Shown piece by piece: positions 51,812 through 60,485 of a DNA stretch of 64,000 nucleotides. Source of the stretch: Prochlorococcus sp. AG-347-K18 (GTDB taxonomy: Bacteria > Cyanobacteriota > Cyanobacteriia > PCC-6307 > Cyanobiaceae); the NCBI GenBank assembly GCA_003281365.1, contig QCCF01000007.1, positions 12,598 through 76,597 of the forward strand, read 5' to 3'. The translations under genes and the position numbers were made by a program. The notes below the pieces were generated by a model, which did not search any database, was not told the origin of the DNA, and worked only from the letters and a program-made list of their open reading frames with translations. Each line of letters starts with the position of its first letter. The stretch's first letter is position 1.

Positions 51812-52177
51812 TTAACTAACCGTTGTTATTGAACTACTTAATCCATAAGTGAGAAAAATAAAACTGGCAAAAGAAACTCCAATCATTACCGTTGTGTAGA
51901 GTTTATTAAGTTTAAAATTATTACTTGATGAAAAATCAGCCACAACTAAATTTTTCATTGAATATTTGTTCCTACTTTTTAAATTATTGCTGTTAACTAA
52001 ACTTCCTAAAATTGGATCTGTTGAAACATTTACTTCTTGATTGATAACAGAATTTAAACCTTTATCTTCATTAAAGAATTTTGGAAACATATAAGTATGC
52101 CACAGTGCTATTACAGCTACCCAAAAAACCAAGCTTACTCCTGCCAACCCAAAAAGCAGGAATCTAAAAGTGTCCAT
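51812..52177 (-). CDS. Two-TM hypothetical protein
   Basis: Hydrophobic N- and C-termini with an Asn-rich linker. Confidence 0.65.
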   Translation of the reverse strand: MDTFRFLLFGLAGVSLVFWVAVIALWHTYMFPKFFNEDKGLNSVINQEVNVSTDPILGSLVNSNNLKSRNKYSMKNLVVADFSSSNNFKLNKLYTTVMIGVSFASFIFLTYGLSSSITTVS

Positions 52178-52260
52178 ATTTAATATCTATAAGTTCAATT
52201 AAATCTACATCAAACCAAAAACCAAAATATCGCAATTTAGAAAATATACTTCAATAAAAT

Positions 52261-52294
52261 CAATTAATCATGATTAATTGTGATTAATGATTAA
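52261..52294. promoter_or_regulatory. Perfect 20-bp palindrome plus TGATTAA repeats in a divergent promoter
   Basis: CAATTAATCATGATTAATTG (52261-80), then TGATTAA at 52281 and 52288. Confidence 0.6.
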
Positions 52295-52400
52295 AAATAA
52301 TGTTAATAAGTGTTTTTATATAAATATAAGTTAATGATTTAATAAATTATTGATTTAAGAAGTGCAAAATAATTACCAGATTTATCATTACTTTATAAAA

Positions 52401-52697
52401 ATGGACTTCAGGATTTTACTTGTTATTACACCAATAATATTCTCATGGATATTTACAGTATTTTGGTTAGGTAGGTGGGATGTATTTAGATTGACACCAC
52501 TAGGATTACCAAAGAAGGGAATAGCTCCTTTTAAGAATTATCAAGTATGGGAAGATTCAGCATTAATTCCTGATACTGGCAGACCAGAAGAAGGTTATCC
52601 AGTATTTACTGTAAGAACCGCAGCAGTTAATGCTCTAGGGATTCCAACCGTTTTTTTTCTTGGAGCAATATTGGCAATGCAGTTTAAATCTTATTAA
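52401..52697 (+). CDS. PsbF-like (cytochrome b559 beta) paralogue with a PsbY-like N-terminal helix; heme His absent
   Basis: C-terminus [30 protein letters not shown]; N-terminus [13 protein letters not shown]. Confidence 0.8.
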   Translation: MDFRILLVITPIIFSWIFTVFWLGRWDVFRLTPLGLPKKGIAPFKNYQVWEDSALIPDTGRPEEGYPVFTVRTAAVNALGIPTVFFLGAILAMQFKSY

Positions 52698-52706
52698 TAG
52701 GAAATT

Positions 52707-52895
52707 TTGATGGACATTAGATTTTTAATTGTTGGAGCACCATTTTTAATCGCATTTTTTTATACTTTATTCTGGTTAAAAAAATGGGGCGCTTTTAATT
52801 CTACGAATAATAATTTATCAAAAAATATTTCTCTTAAAAATGAATCAATAGAACAAAATTATATTTTAGAGAATATCTTTTTAACAAAAAATTAA
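52707..52895 (+). CDS. PsbY-like single-TM protein
   Basis: MDIRFLIVGAPFLIAFFYTLFWL resembles the N-terminus of the upstream gene. Confidence 0.55.
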   Translation: MMDIRFLIVGAPFLIAFFYTLFWLKKWGAFNSTNNNLSKNISLKNESIEQNYILENIFLTKN

Positions 52896-53111
52896 TCAAA
52901 CTTTTCTTACCCCTGAATTAATACCTTGTCATGATTCCAATAGAACAGTATTTATTTTTTGCAGTTTCTCTTTATGCATTTTTTTACCTTTCAATAACTA
53001 TAGTAAGTACATTATTAAGATTTTCCTAAGTAATAACTCCATAAAATATTAAACACTTATTTGTATAAAATTAATCTTCCTGTATTTTAAAACTCATTAT
53101 ATAAATATAGA

Positions 53112-53230
53112 AGTAGATATTAGGGCAATCTACTAACCGCTAGCTTTGATAAAGCGGTTCGTAATGAGAACCTCCCTTTGACCTCATTTTCTTTTTCGCA
53201 ATCTTAGAAAATGAGGTTTAAATATTTTTT
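53112..53230 (+). ncRNA. Candidate three-hairpin sRNA, copy 1
   Basis: Stems AGTAGAT/ATCTACT, AACCGCT/AGCGGTT and 12-bp ACCTCATTTTCT/AGAAAATGAGGT. Confidence 0.55.
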
Positions 53231-53346
53231 AATAGTCATGAATATTAAATTAAATTCTTAATTAAAACTATTGATTATTAAATATTATTCCTTCTTATGT
53301 ATATTATTTACTTTTTAAAAAAGAGTTTTTTCTTTATAAAGAATAT

Positions 53347-53458
53347 GTAGATATTTGGCGAATCTGCAACGGTATAGATTCCGTCTTTATGAACCTAGCC
53401 AACGAAAATATTCCTAACTACCTTTTAGTTATTTTAGTAGTTAGGAATATTTTTATTT
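53347..53458 (+). ncRNA. Candidate three-hairpin sRNA, copy 2
   Basis: Stems GTAGAT/ATCTGC, ACGG/CCGT and 17-bp AAAATATTCCTAACTAC/GTAGTTAGGAATATTTT. Confidence 0.55.
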
Positions 53459-53493
53459 ATTACACCTTTTAATTAAATTTTTCTGGACATCAA

Positions 53494-53907
53494 ATGATCA
53501 ATAAATCAAGAAATGAATCTACATTAGAAGTAATTTATAAGAATTTGGAATCTGGAATGCCAGACAATAAATCGATCAAAGAATATGCTCTGCCTAATGC
53601 GAGACAGTGGCTTGGTGGAAGATTCGTTGCTATATGGGTTTTGCCCATTTATTTTTTAAGAAAAATTGCAAATTTTTCAGCTTCTTCCGCCTTTGTTAAG
53701 CCATATTCTTCTTCTGAAAAAGGACCATCTTATAAGCAACCAGAAACCCTATTTACCTCTTTAAGAAGTGTGTTCAGGGGTGAAGATCATTTAAGATTTT
53801 TTGATCATAGATTTATTGGTATTTGGGTTTTACCATTTGCCTTAACTGGGATAGTTTTTGAAATCCTACTTATAGCTCCTACTAATAACACTTCACCTTT
53901 CAGTTAA
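53494..53907 (+). CDS. Membrane protein with a duplicated RF(V/I)(A/G)IWVLP helix motif
   Basis: GGRFVAIWVLP and DHRFIGIWVLP. Confidence 0.7.
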   Translation: MINKSRNESTLEVIYKNLESGMPDNKSIKEYALPNARQWLGGRFVAIWVLPIYFLRKIANFSASSAFVKPYSSSEKGPSYKQPETLFTSLRSVFRGEDHLRFFDHRFIGIWVLPFALTGIVFEILLIAPTNNTSPFS

Positions 53908-54073
53908 GCATCTTTTTCTAATTTGTCCGCAATGATTGAGGACAGAATTTAAATAACATGAAAGACTTCTATTGAGTAATTTGAGAGACATTTGTGAGAG
54001 GAAACCAAACATCAAATTGATATCTTAACTGTTTAATACTGAGAAGTTAAATTATTCAGAACTAGCTCTCTTT

Positions 54074-54439
54074 CTATCTATTTCTCTCAACTATTCTAAA
54101 ATTCATATCTATAGCTCCTTTTCTTAAAGGAATAATATCCTGATAATCCCCTTCATAGCATTCTTGTGCTGCTTTTTTTGTTGGGAATTGTGCGAGCACG
54201 GTAAACGGTCCGTCATATCCTTCTCTTACATCTGTTTCATAATCAACTGTTAATGTTTTTGCCCCGCAACCTTTAACAACCACATCATTTACTGCTGCAA
54301 AGTATTTACTTGCTTGTTCTGGATTTGTAATTCTGCCAGAAATCATCACATAACCAGCATTCTTTTCTTTTGGAACTTTATAACCAATTGCAATCCCAGC
54401 AATGCCAGCAATTAAACAAATTAAAATAGATTTTTTCAT
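54074..54439 (-). CDS. DUF1330-like protein with N-terminal signal
   Basis: GYVMISG...QFPTKKAAQECY..DYQ.IIPLR. Confidence 0.75.
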   Translation of the reverse strand: MKKSILICLIAGIAGIAIGYKVPKEKNAGYVMISGRITNPEQASKYFAAVNDVVVKGCGAKTLTVDYETDVREGYDGPFTVLAQFPTKKAAQECYEGDYQDIIPLRKGAIDMNFRIVERNR

Positions 54440-54532
54440 TAAAATTTTGATTTTTATTAATGCTATACGATTCTCTATAAATTGAATGTCAATTATTAAT
54501 TATTAGAGGCGAAAGTTATAAGGGTTTCAAAA

Positions 54533-54817
54533 TTATTCAGAAATCCAGCGATTAATTATTGTCCCTTCATAAATATGACCTGATGCTTCAACTATTGGTT
54601 TTGTTTCTGGGTTAATAAAGATGTCGTAGCATGTATTTACTGGTCCTTGAAACATTACGGTTGCTCTTTTAGGGTCTTCTAGTGATTTACCAATATAAAA
54701 GGTTGTAACTCCCATCTCTTTAAACATTGCTTGTTGCTCAGGAGCATTCATGTGGGCTTCGTATTCCTTAAAAGTATTGCTTAATTTGAAATCTAAAACA
54801 GTTGTTTCGATTGACAT
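54533..54817 (-). CDS. DUF3764-like protein
   Basis: ETTVLDFKLSNTF...ASGHIY. Confidence 0.75.
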   Translation of the reverse strand: MSIETTVLDFKLSNTFKEYEAHMNAPEQQAMFKEMGVTTFYIGKSLEDPKRATVMFQGPVNTCYDIFINPETKPIVEASGHIYEGTIINRWISE

Positions 54818-54879
54818 GAAAAAAATAAACTAATTTCCACTTATTTTAGATCGACTGTCAATCTTAAATTACACTCTTC

Positions 54880-55250
54880 TATAACCCAGTTGTGTTTTGA
54901 TAACTTAAAAAGTAAGCTCACTTTCGTTATTTGCTGTAATTAATTCATCTTCAACAGTTCCATAAAATTTAAAAGATAAATCTCCATCACACAGTCCAGT
55001 AGATGCTTCAAGATAATCACCATGAGGTGGATTTACTAAATGAGCAAAAAATGTATCATCATTTTTAAAAAACTCTGACTATAAAAACTAAGTAAAAGCT
55101 GGGGATCTTGGTCAAATGTATGATGGATTATTGCCAGATTTGATGCTTCGAACCTTACCTGTATTATCTGATATTTCAAAATATTCGTTAACTTTACCTT
55201 CTTGTACTTTTAATTTAGCAATAAGCATAAATGGAGTGTCCAAAACAAAT
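54880..55250 (-). pseudogene. ABM/quinol-monooxygenase-like pseudogene
   Basis: Fragments LDTPFMLIAKLKVQEGKVNEYF...SEFFKNDDTFFAHLVNPP...FYGTV...KTQLGYRRV are broken by stops and frameshifts. Confidence 0.6.
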
Positions 55251-55356
55251 TTGTAATTAATAAAAGTATATTTAAGTTATTTTATTTGTATTTAACAAGA
55301 AAAAGGAGCTTTAATACACCCTTATCGATCAACTATCAATTTCTAATATCCATTAG

Positions 55357-55746
55357 CTAATCCCACAAGGATAAATCTGAATCCCCCGTGGATCTTTGCA
55401 TCCAATGAATTTTCCAAATCCCATCAATCTTTTTGAAGATCGAAGTGACAGTTGGCAAATCATCATTAGGAGTTCCTTTATAAGAGAATTTTGCCCCAAG
55501 TGTAAAAACACACATTGCTACATCAGAAGAGAGAAATTCAAACTTATGAATTTTTGTAATTTCCGCTTTTTCTTGAACCACATCGCCAGAATTCATCATT
55601 TCCTCGAATCCCTTCGCACTTATTGGATTCCCACTAGGCCTGATAAGTAGAAAATCTGAAGTAGCGTTATTTATAAAGAATGAGCCCATTTTTTCTGGTG
55701 TAGCTAGTTCATACAACATTGACTCAATTGTTTCTTTGTCAGTCAT
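55357..55746 (-). CDS. DUF3804-like (NTF2/SnoaL fold) protein
   Basis: LIRPSGNP...WKIHWMQRSTG. Confidence 0.75.
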   Translation of the reverse strand: MTDKETIESMLYELATPEKMGSFFINNATSDFLLIRPSGNPISAKGFEEMMNSGDVVQEKAEITKIHKFEFLSSDVAMCVFTLGAKFSYKGTPNDDLPTVTSIFKKIDGIWKIHWMQRSTGDSDLSLWD

Positions 55747-55879
55747 AAAAAATATTAATAGTAATAATTAACCTACTTCTTATTTGTAATGTGGAGATTA
55801 ATTTATTTTGAATTCCTAAATAAAAAAGGAGCTAATCTCACCCCGCTTTTTTTTAATATCATATAAAGTACTTAAGTTT

Positions 55880-56233
55880 ATGCGATCACTTTTATTATTG
55901 CCTTTGCTTTAAGGTCTTTCATTTTCAGCAAATGCAAAGTCAGGGAATTACTATATCAATGTTTCAGTTGAAAGTATAAATAATCATATTCTCAGTGGTA
56001 ATGATAAAAATAAATCTGTAGGTGGGAATGATCCTACAGTTACTGTTAATAAAGGAGATACTATTATTTTTAATTTAGATGCGTTTAGTCATCCGTTTTA
56101 TATAAAGACTGAATTTTCTCATGGAGGTGGTGATCAAGTAACAACAGGAATATTATCAGGGACTCTTGGAACTCAAGTTGGAAAACTATCATGGAACACA
56201 ACGGGTGTATCAGCAGGGAAGCATTATTGTTGA
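55880..56233 (+). pseudogene. Secreted cupredoxin-like pseudogene
   Basis: Signal peptide with TAA at codon 11; PTVTVNKGDTIIF...HPFYI...LSWNT...GKHYC then stop. Confidence 0.55.
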
Positions 56234-56366
56234 ATAAATAAATCAAACGCTTTCTACTTATATATATCGAGTAATTTTATATAAATTCCTATCAATACTA
56301 ATAGTGCTAAACCTACCCCAATAACTGTATTTGGTTGATTATCCCAAAGTAAATTTAAAAATTTCA

Positions 56367-56615
56367 TTAAAAATAATTATTATATATAGAAGTCTTCTTC
56401 CATCCTTCTTTTAATAAATCCGCATATTCTTTTCTAGCTGCTTCTATAGTCTCTACTCTTGAACCCTTCATAACTGGTTTACTTTTTCTTTTATATACAC
56501 ATCCATAACTAATCATCATTGCGTCAATACTTGGCGAAGGCTTAGAAACATCTTCAAATGGTTCGAAGACTTTTATTCTTGATCTGTCCTTATTTATGAG
56601 AGTGAATTTCATCAT
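56367..56615 (-). CDS. DUF1651-like protein
   Basis: ARKEYADLLKEGWKKT. Confidence 0.7.
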   Translation of the reverse strand: MMKFTLINKDRSRIKVFEPFEDVSKPSPSIDAMMISYGCVYKRKSKPVMKGSRVETIEAARKEYADLLKEGWKKTSIYNNYF

Positions 56616-56628
56616 AAATTAATAATAG

Positions 56629-56733
56629 AAAAAAAGGGGAGACAGAAAAACTCTTGAAAGTTACGTCATAAGTTTGGCAGAACCAAATATCTGAATCGCT
56701 TCTAAATTTATGCCAATTATTCTGGAGAAAATA
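56629..56733 (+). repeat. ~105-bp dispersed repeat, copy 1
   Basis: Ends in TTATGCCAATTATTCTGGAGAAAATA (56708-33), identical at 61849-74. Confidence 0.8.
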
Positions 56734-56794
56734 GGTTCCGCCTGAAGCAAAATTTGCGTAAATTATGTATTAGCTGAGATTTAATGCCATGATG

Positions 56795-56836
56795 AGGGGA
56801 GGACAGGATTTGAACGTGCGACCTAGTACTCCCAAA
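56795..56836 (-). pseudogene. Degenerate tRNA-Pro(TGG) 3' fragment (att-type scar)
   Basis: Reverse complement tttgggagtactaggtcgcacgttcaaatcctgtcc contains the anticodon loop and T-arm. Confidence 0.65.
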
Positions 56837-56996
56837 AAACTGTACAGCCTATTGGCATCACTAGGTTTTTAAGCTATATCTATTTATTTACTTAGTTATG
56901 CGTGGGTTGTCTTGTAAAATAAAAAAATTTTGACCGCAAATTGGGGAGGTGACTTTTTCAATTCAGATATGAGTTTTATAGAATTCTTCAACTTCT

Positions 56997-58286
56997 TTAA
57001 GATGCTTTTAAATCATTGAAGTTCAACTCTTTTAAATTTGTTTTTTGAATCTCATGATTTTCAATTTCATTAAGCAGATTTACTAATGAACGACCAACGG
57101 CATAAGCTAAATTAACCGGGACTGCATTCCCAATTTGTTTATAAATACTTGAAAGTGAACCACAAAATTGCCACTCATCTGGAAAGGTTTGAATTCTTGC
57201 ATACTCCCTAAAAGTTAATGGTCTTGTTTCACTAGGATGGCATCTTTCTGTTTGTTTTTGAGCAGGGGCGCAAGTAAGTGTTAGGGATGGTTCATCCCAA
57301 GATAACCTACGGGCGAGTCCAGTTTTCCCTCCACCAAGAAAATAACTTCCTCTCATATATTCTCTCTGTAAATAATCTGGTAAGTCTCTCCAATATCCAC
57401 CTTGAGGAACTTTGCTTAGTATTTCTTTTTTTCTTTGAGGATATATTTGACCTTCACTTTCTGGAACATCTTTATTGAATAAATCTCCTTTTTTTAGAGC
57501 ATCTCTTAATGTAAATATCTTTGGAAATTTCGCTGGGTAATTAAAACTTACAAAGCTACTTAAGTCTTTGCGAATAGCAACAAGAAAAATTCTTTCTCGT
57601 TTTTGTGGGACTCTGTAAAATATTGCTTTTAAGATTTTTGGCTCAACTAATTCATAACCAATTTCTTCGATTATATTTTTTATAGTTTCTAGAGTTTTAC
57701 CCGAATCATGCGAAACTAAACCTTTTACATTTTCTGCAAGAATTACTTTTGGATTAGTTTCTTTAACAGCCCTTGCAAATTCATAGAAAAGCGTTCCTCG
57801 AGTATCATTGAAACCTAACTTTTTCCCTGCATAAGAAAAGGCTTGACAAGGAAATCCACCAGTCAATAAATCAACTTCTCCCTTGAAGTTCGTAAAATCA
57901 TATTCTTTAATATTACAGTTTTTCACATTCCAATTTACTCTATTCTTTTTGAGTGTTTCACAAGCATCTCGATCGATTTCATTTAATAACAAGGATTGAA
58001 AACCTGCTTTTTCAAGACCTAGAGCCAGACCTCCTGCTCCTGCAAATAACTCAATATTTTTGTAATTTCTCCGAGGCTTTATTCTTTCCTCTTCTCCCGA
58101 TTTTGTCTCAAAAAGAAAACTTGCACTTGGGAACGACATTAGCTCATCTAAGTGGAAGAACTTTTTGCCAGTTTTTTTATCAATAATTGCTTTTAATTTT
58201 TTATCTGACAAACTATTTACAACTTTCTTACTTGTTCCAAGTATATCTGCGACTATCGCTAATGGTAACTTTTGATTCTTATTCAT
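56997..58286 (-). CDS. C5-cytosine DNA methyltransferase with N-terminal extension
   Basis: FAGAGG (I), GGFPCQ (IV), ENV (VI), QKRERIF (VIII), QIGNAVP (X). Confidence 0.95.
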   Translation of the reverse strand: MNKNQKLPLAIVADILGTSKKVVNSLSDKKLKAIIDKKTGKKFFHLDELMSFPSASFLFETKSGEEERIKPRRNYKNIELFAGAGGLALGLEKAGFQSLLLNEIDRDACETLKKNRVNWNVKNCNIKEYDFTNFKGEVDLLTGGFPCQAFSYAGKKLGFNDTRGTLFYEFARAVKETNPKVILAENVKGLVSHDSGKTLETIKNIIEEIGYELVEPKILKAIFYRVPQKRERIFLVAIRKDLSSFVSFNYPAKFPKIFTLRDALKKGDLFNKDVPESEGQIYPQRKKEILSKVPQGGYWRDLPDYLQREYMRGSYFLGGGKTGLARRLSWDEPSLTLTCAPAQKQTERCHPSETRPLTFREYARIQTFPDEWQFCGSLSSIYKQIGNAVPVNLAYAVGRSLVNLLNEIENHEIQKTNLKELNFNDLKAS

Positions 58287-58384
58287 ACTGAAAATTTACA
58301 GGTCTTGCAAAGAGTATGCAATTTCTTTTTTTTAGTATGTCGTAAACAATTAAAGGTTTTGATTAATCCTAATAAAGATTTAAT

Positions 58385-58558
58385 TATAGAGATTGTATTT
58401 CCACTTGGCCTTTCAGCCAAATATCTTAAATTTATAAAGGGAATCAAAATAAAGATCTTTTAACTTGCACTTGCATTTTTAAAAATGAAAACGTTACATG
58501 GAAATATGCATGGATGCAAAGATCACAAGCAACTACTGATATGAAAACTTGGCCATAA
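58385..58558 (+). pseudogene. 3' relic of a DUF3804-like paralogue
   Basis: YKGNQNKDLLTCTCIFKNENVTWKYAWMQRSQATTDMKTWP aligns with YKGTPNDDLPTVTSIFKKIDGIWKIHWMQRSTGDSDLSLWD at 55357. Confidence 0.6.
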
Positions 58559-58643
58559 ATGAAACACTTCCTAATAGCGCCGCAGGTAAATTAAGGCTTG
58601 GTTATCCTAAACTAATAACTCCTGAAGAAATACCTTTTAATTA

Positions 58644-58958
58644 ATGTTGCGACTTCTTCCATTACCGATTTTTATTTGCATTTATCTATTCTCTTGGTGG
58701 AGATGTAAAAAAAATATTATCGCTAGTGATAAGCAACTAAAATCTTGCATTGATTGGGCATATATAAAAAATTTATCTCTCCCCCCAAAACCTTCATTTG
58801 TCGAGTTTTATATTGTTTATGTCTCTTCTTTTTTAAAATTTCCTTTTGGGATAATTATTCAAAAACTACCTTTTGCAAAGAAAGTAAGATACTACGAACG
58901 AGAAATGAAATTAATATTTGATAAATGGAATCTAGAAAAAATTAAAAAAATAATCTAA
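58644..58958 (+). CDS. Hypothetical protein
   Basis: 104 aa with N-terminal TM. Confidence 0.6.
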   Translation: MLRLLPLPIFICIYLFSWWRCKKNIIASDKQLKSCIDWAYIKNLSLPPKPSFVEFYIVYVSSFLKFPFGIIIQKLPFAKKVRYYEREMKLIFDKWNLEKIKKII

Positions 58959-59244
58959 GAAAAGTTTCCAAAAAAAAGGGGTTAATTCCCGATATTGTAG
59001 ATCGACTGTCAATATTTAAAGATTAAATATAAATCTCCTTTAAATCTTAGATCCCTCATACTCTTCGTCTGAGCATTATGGTTTCAAGCTATAGCTAATT
59101 TCTTTCGTAGTATTTTGTTATTGGTCATATCAATCTATACTTAAATTGAAATCACATTGACATCAAAATTATTTTAAAAAAAAGATAATATGTGTTGTTT
59201 ATTAAGTAGAGGAATTTATTATATTAAAAACTCACCTTTTTAAA

Positions 59245-60345
59245 GTGATAGAAGCATATAAAAAATATTGGACAAAAGCATTTGATTTTAAAGGCAAAAT
59301 ATCAAGGAAGGATTATTGGTTTACGGTATTAGCCAACTATTTAGTTCTTTTAATTTATTCCTTCCTTATCCTTTTACCTGCCTCATTAATAAATGAAAGT
59401 TTTTACCTCTTAATGTTTTCTATTCTTTTTTTATATGGCTTCGCACAGCAGATCCCAACATGGTCAATGTCAGTAAGAAGGCTTAGAGATTCAGGGAAAG
59501 CTTGGCAATGGGTATTTATAAATTTTGTTTTGCTTATAGGAAATCTTTATTTTGTATATCTTCTTTGTAAACCTTCTCTTGATTCTGATTTTGATAATGG
59601 GATTAAGAAAGAGTCTTTAGCATCTAAAATTAGGCGGGATAATTTGTCCATTAAAGAAAAAGCAAAATTAGACTGTAATGAATTTGAATTTATAACATCA
59701 CTTGATGCCAGCCCAAAAAACGTTTATCGAGAGTTTGAAAAATTGTTATTGAAAAAAAAAGGAGGTCATAAAATATTAAATTCAATTCAACTAAGCTCTT
59801 ATAATTTTTATGAACCAGTTATTGGAAATCTTGAGTTTCTTGTCAAAGGCAAAAAATTGTATATATTTTCTTCTAAAAAAATAAAAAACTATAGGAAATG
59901 GATAATTCCTGATGAAATCTTATATCCTAAAAATGCATCAATTGAAGATGATTCTGATAGCTTGACAATCCAAGGTATCAGTCAAGATTACATAGAAGAA
60001 GATTTTAATAATGATCTAAATGAAATTTATAGCTCCCAAAGCAGATTTATAGAAAATAAAACTACAGAATTTGAAGAAAAAAATATACCATTTGAAAAAC
60101 TTAAATTTTTAAAAGAATTATTTTTAGAAGACCTTATTGGTGAAAATGATTATAAGAAGTTAAGGTTAGCTATTCTTTCTCTAGGTGATCAACAAGATAA
60201 TTCAGAGGAAATCAAAAAGAAATTTCTTGAAAAATTAAATTTTGAAACCAAGGAAGAGTTGATAGAGATAAGAACAGCATATGATAAGTCTTTAATTGAC
60301 GATGATGAATATGATCGCTTGGTACATAAATTATTTAACTTATGA
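59245..60345 (+). CDS. DUF805-like membrane protein with two C-terminal SHOCT-like motifs
   Basis: FDFKGKISRKDYW, SVRRLRDSGK; LKFLKEL...LIGENDY and LIEIRTAY...LIDDDEY. Confidence 0.75.
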   Translation: MIEAYKKYWTKAFDFKGKISRKDYWFTVLANYLVLLIYSFLILLPASLINESFYLLMFSILFLYGFAQQIPTWSMSVRRLRDSGKAWQWVFINFVLLIGNLYFVYLLCKPSLDSDFDNGIKKESLASKIRRDNLSIKEKAKLDCNEFEFITSLDASPKNVYREFEKLLLKKKGGHKILNSIQLSSYNFYEPVIGNLEFLVKGKKLYIFSSKKIKNYRKWIIPDEILYPKNASIEDDSDSLTIQGISQDYIEEDFNNDLNEIYSSQSRFIENKTTEFEEKNIPFEKLKFLKELFLEDLIGENDYKKLRLAILSLGDQQDNSEEIKKKFLEKLNFETKEELIEIRTAYDKSLIDDDEYDRLVHKLFNL

Positions 60346-60434
60346 CATCAAACTGACATCAAGAGAGTGATGTCAATTTTTCCATTAAAAAAGCGAGTCT
60401 GGGTAACTCGTTAGTATGACTTGGTTTTTAAGAG

Positions 60435-60485
60435 TCGGGGCTACAGGATTCGAACCTGCGACCTAGTGCTCCCTAATCACCCGCT
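60435..60485 (-). pseudogene. tRNA-Pro 3' fragment, about 51 nt (att-type scar)
   Basis: Reverse complement agcgggtgattagggagcactaggtcgcaggttcgaatcctgtagccccga; the 5' acceptor and D arms are missing. Confidence 0.8.

Noticed and set aside
53112-53367. GTAGAT hairpins as Cas12a-like repeats
   Set aside because: Arm order is the reverse of TCTAC...GTAGA, there are only two copies and no cas gene
53990-54020. GTGAGAGGAAACCAAACA as a Yfr2-family RNA
   Set aside because: Only partial motif resemblance, with no supporting stem or terminator
59054-59098. PHTLR peptide as a tyrosine-integrase relic
   Set aside because: Only five residues match HxLR, the following His is missing and no other integrase motif is nearby
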